From the NCBI GenBank assembly GCA_035524375.1, contig DATKOZ010000033.1, forward strand, positions 26,842-90,841: a DNA stretch of 64,000 nt. The letters are read 5' to 3'. The DNA is from Candidatus Binataceae bacterium. GTDB lineage: Bacteria > Desulfobacterota > Binatia > Binatales > Binataceae. The notes beneath the pieces are model-generated. The model had not been told where the DNA came from. It saw only the letters and a program-made list of their open reading frames with translations, and made no database searches. The position numbers and the translations under genes are program-made. Below are positions 62,934 through 64,000 of the stretch, piece after piece (positions within the stretch are counted from its first letter, which is position 1; each line of letters begins with the position of its first letter).

Positions 62934-63308
62934 ATGAAGAAACTACCCGGTCTGCTAACGGCGGTGACATTCGTCGCCATTTCGGCAACTGGCCTATTCG
63001 CCCAGGAAAGCGGCTCGCAGCCACAGGTTAATGGCACGGTTGTTCGCGGCAATACGACGATAGTGTTTGAGGCTGCCAATACCAGCGACTTGCCGATGGA
63101 CCTGTATAAAATTTGGGGCGAATTCGAAAAATCGCATCCAGACATCGAACACGACCTTGCGTATAACCCTAAACTACTCGACGACGCCAACTACCTGCAT
63201 AAACATCCGGATTTCGCCAAATTGCTCGACGAAAATCCCGAACTGTTCAAAGAAATGAGGCGCAATCCGGGCAACTTCGCCGCCATCCCGCCCCGGCCGG
63301 GCGAATGA
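62934..63308 (+). CDS. Secreted protein, paralog 4 of the HP/NP-repeat family
   Basis: Signal peptide MKKLPGLLTAVTFVAISATGLFAQ. Module: EFEKSHPDIEHDLAYNPKLLDDANYLHKHPDFAKLLDENPELFKEMRRNPGNF. The track ORF starts at 62850 in non-coding leader. Confidence 0.65.
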   Translation: MKKLPGLLTAVTFVAISATGLFAQESGSQPQVNGTVVRGNTTIVFEAANTSDLPMDLYKIWGEFEKSHPDIEHDLAYNPKLLDDANYLHKHPDFAKLLDENPELFKEMRRNPGNFAAIPPRPGE

Positions 63309-63417
63309 TCCAAAGTCTCCAGTAGTCGAAGTTCACGCGCGGCGCCCTTCACTTTCCACGCCGGGCGGAGAACGGCAAGATAACGACGTGCACCATCCTC
63401 GTCAGGCTATCCGAACC

Positions 63418-64000
63418 GTGAGCAAGCGGCGTCTGGCAGCTGCCGTCGCAGCGGCCTTGGTGTCCGTAACCCGGATAACAGCCGGTGCGGTAGCGGCTCC
63501 GGAGCTGGGTGCACAGGTTTCCGCCAAGTCATCCGCGAATTCGCCCGGATTCGCACCAGACAATGAATCGCCGTTTCTCCCGGTAATCCAATTGGCGCCG
63601 CCGGGACCCAATCGCGCGGCACGCGCGGTCGCGATTTTCGAGCGGATACTCGCGCTGCAGCGCAAGGTGATGTTTCACCCTGAGTTCGCCGAATCGATCG
63701 ATCCGATGCTCGACCATCTCTCGCCCCGGCAATCGACGCTGATTCGCGCCGCCGCTCTTTATTCTGATAGCGACGTTCCGTGGATCGTTCAGCCCGGCGG
63801 AATCCATCAAATTTGCATCACTGGCGAGCCGCGCGGCGCCGACTACTACTATTCGCTCGCTCATGCATGCGACGTTCAGGCGCCGATGGATCATTTCCTT
63901 GGGACGTTTTCCCTGAAACCGATCGTTGCCGGCAATGACGGGAAAATCTCCAGCGTAATCGGCAACATCGGCGGGCAGATGACCGTCGATACCGTCGGCC
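63418..64000 (+). CDS. Hypothetical secreted protein, GTG start, 3' end beyond the window
   Basis: My own translation from GTG 63418: VSKRRLAAAVAAALVSVTRITAGAVAAPELGAQVSAK...IFERILALQRKVMFHPEFAESIDPML...ICITGEPRGADYYYSLAHACDVQAPMDHFLGTF..., open to the window end. Strong GC3 codon bias. The ORF track only lists weak antisense ORFs here because it requires ATG. Confidence 0.4.
   Translation, partial: MSKRRLAAAVAAALVSVTRITAGAVAAPELGAQVSAKSSANSPGFAPDNESPFLPVIQLAPPGPNRAARAVAIFERILALQRKVMFHPEFAESIDPMLDHLSPRQSTLIRAAALYSDSDVPWIVQPGGIHQICITGEPRGADYYYSLAHACDVQAPMDHFLGTFSLKPIVAGNDGKISSVIGNIGGQMTVDTVG

Noticed and set aside
63402-63894. Two overlapping minus-strand track ORFs (87 and 121 aa) near the window end
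   Set aside because: Low-complexity translations. The plus-strand GTG-initiated frame through the same region has a signal peptide and much better coding character.
1-64000. Looked for CRISPR arrays, rRNA, IS elements, integrases, phage genes, and toxin-antitoxin or restriction-modification pairs
   Set aside because: No regularly spaced direct repeats were found, and no transposase, integrase or nuclease-like translations appear in any frame of the ORF track. The only repeats are the intragenic adhesin repeats, the CCN tract and the REP-like hairpins. This scan was done by eye and cannot be exhaustive.

Overview
This is a 64 kb, high-GC (~60%) chromosomal segment with dense coding on both strands. 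No rRNA, tRNA, CRISPR array or transposase/integrase was recognised. Codon usage and gene content resemble a soil bacterium such as an Acidobacterium, but this cannot be verified from the sequence alone.

Housekeeping genes read directly from the translations:
- mtnP (partial, found by my own translation), rlmN, cydA-cydB, uvrB and, 9 kb away, uvrA.
- A pair of acyl-CoA dehydrogenases, pgeF, an RluA-family pseudouridine synthase, a TolC-like outer-membrane factor.
- comF, purN, grxC, glpK, plant-type gshA, sppA, an ADP-forming acetyl-CoA synthetase.
- hisD-hisB-hisA, murA, prfA-prmC and rpmE.

The main candidate for an undescribed system is a run of six same-strand envelope genes (13.1-17.3 kb). 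It starts with three tandem paralogous small secreted proteins built from a repeated ~20-residue 'hydrophobic-x-x-HP ... NP-x-L-(I/M)-Y-D' module. The third of these ends in an extreme His-rich tail. A fourth paralog lies beside rpmE at 62.9 kb. I cannot assign this family to any named domain. The cluster is followed by two recently duplicated OmpA-like lipoproteins with long poly-proline linkers and one more secreted protein, closed by a bidirectional terminator.

Other accessory content:
- A 1558-aa surface protein: legume-lectin-like domain, Thr-rich linker, seven Ig-like (choice-of-anchor-D type) repeats that are near-identical at DNA level, and a Cys-rich C-terminus.
- A gshA / GspC-like PDZ protein / GNAT / membrane-protein operon.
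- A Tad pseudopilin trio (one TadG-like with a vWA domain, two TadE-like) with no assembly machinery in the window.
- A hybrid histidine kinase with a pseudo-receiver, a canonical receiver and an HPt domain.
- A dispersed GAAACCCC...GGGGTTTCG palindromic hairpin element.
- Small ORFs missed by an ATG-only ORF track.
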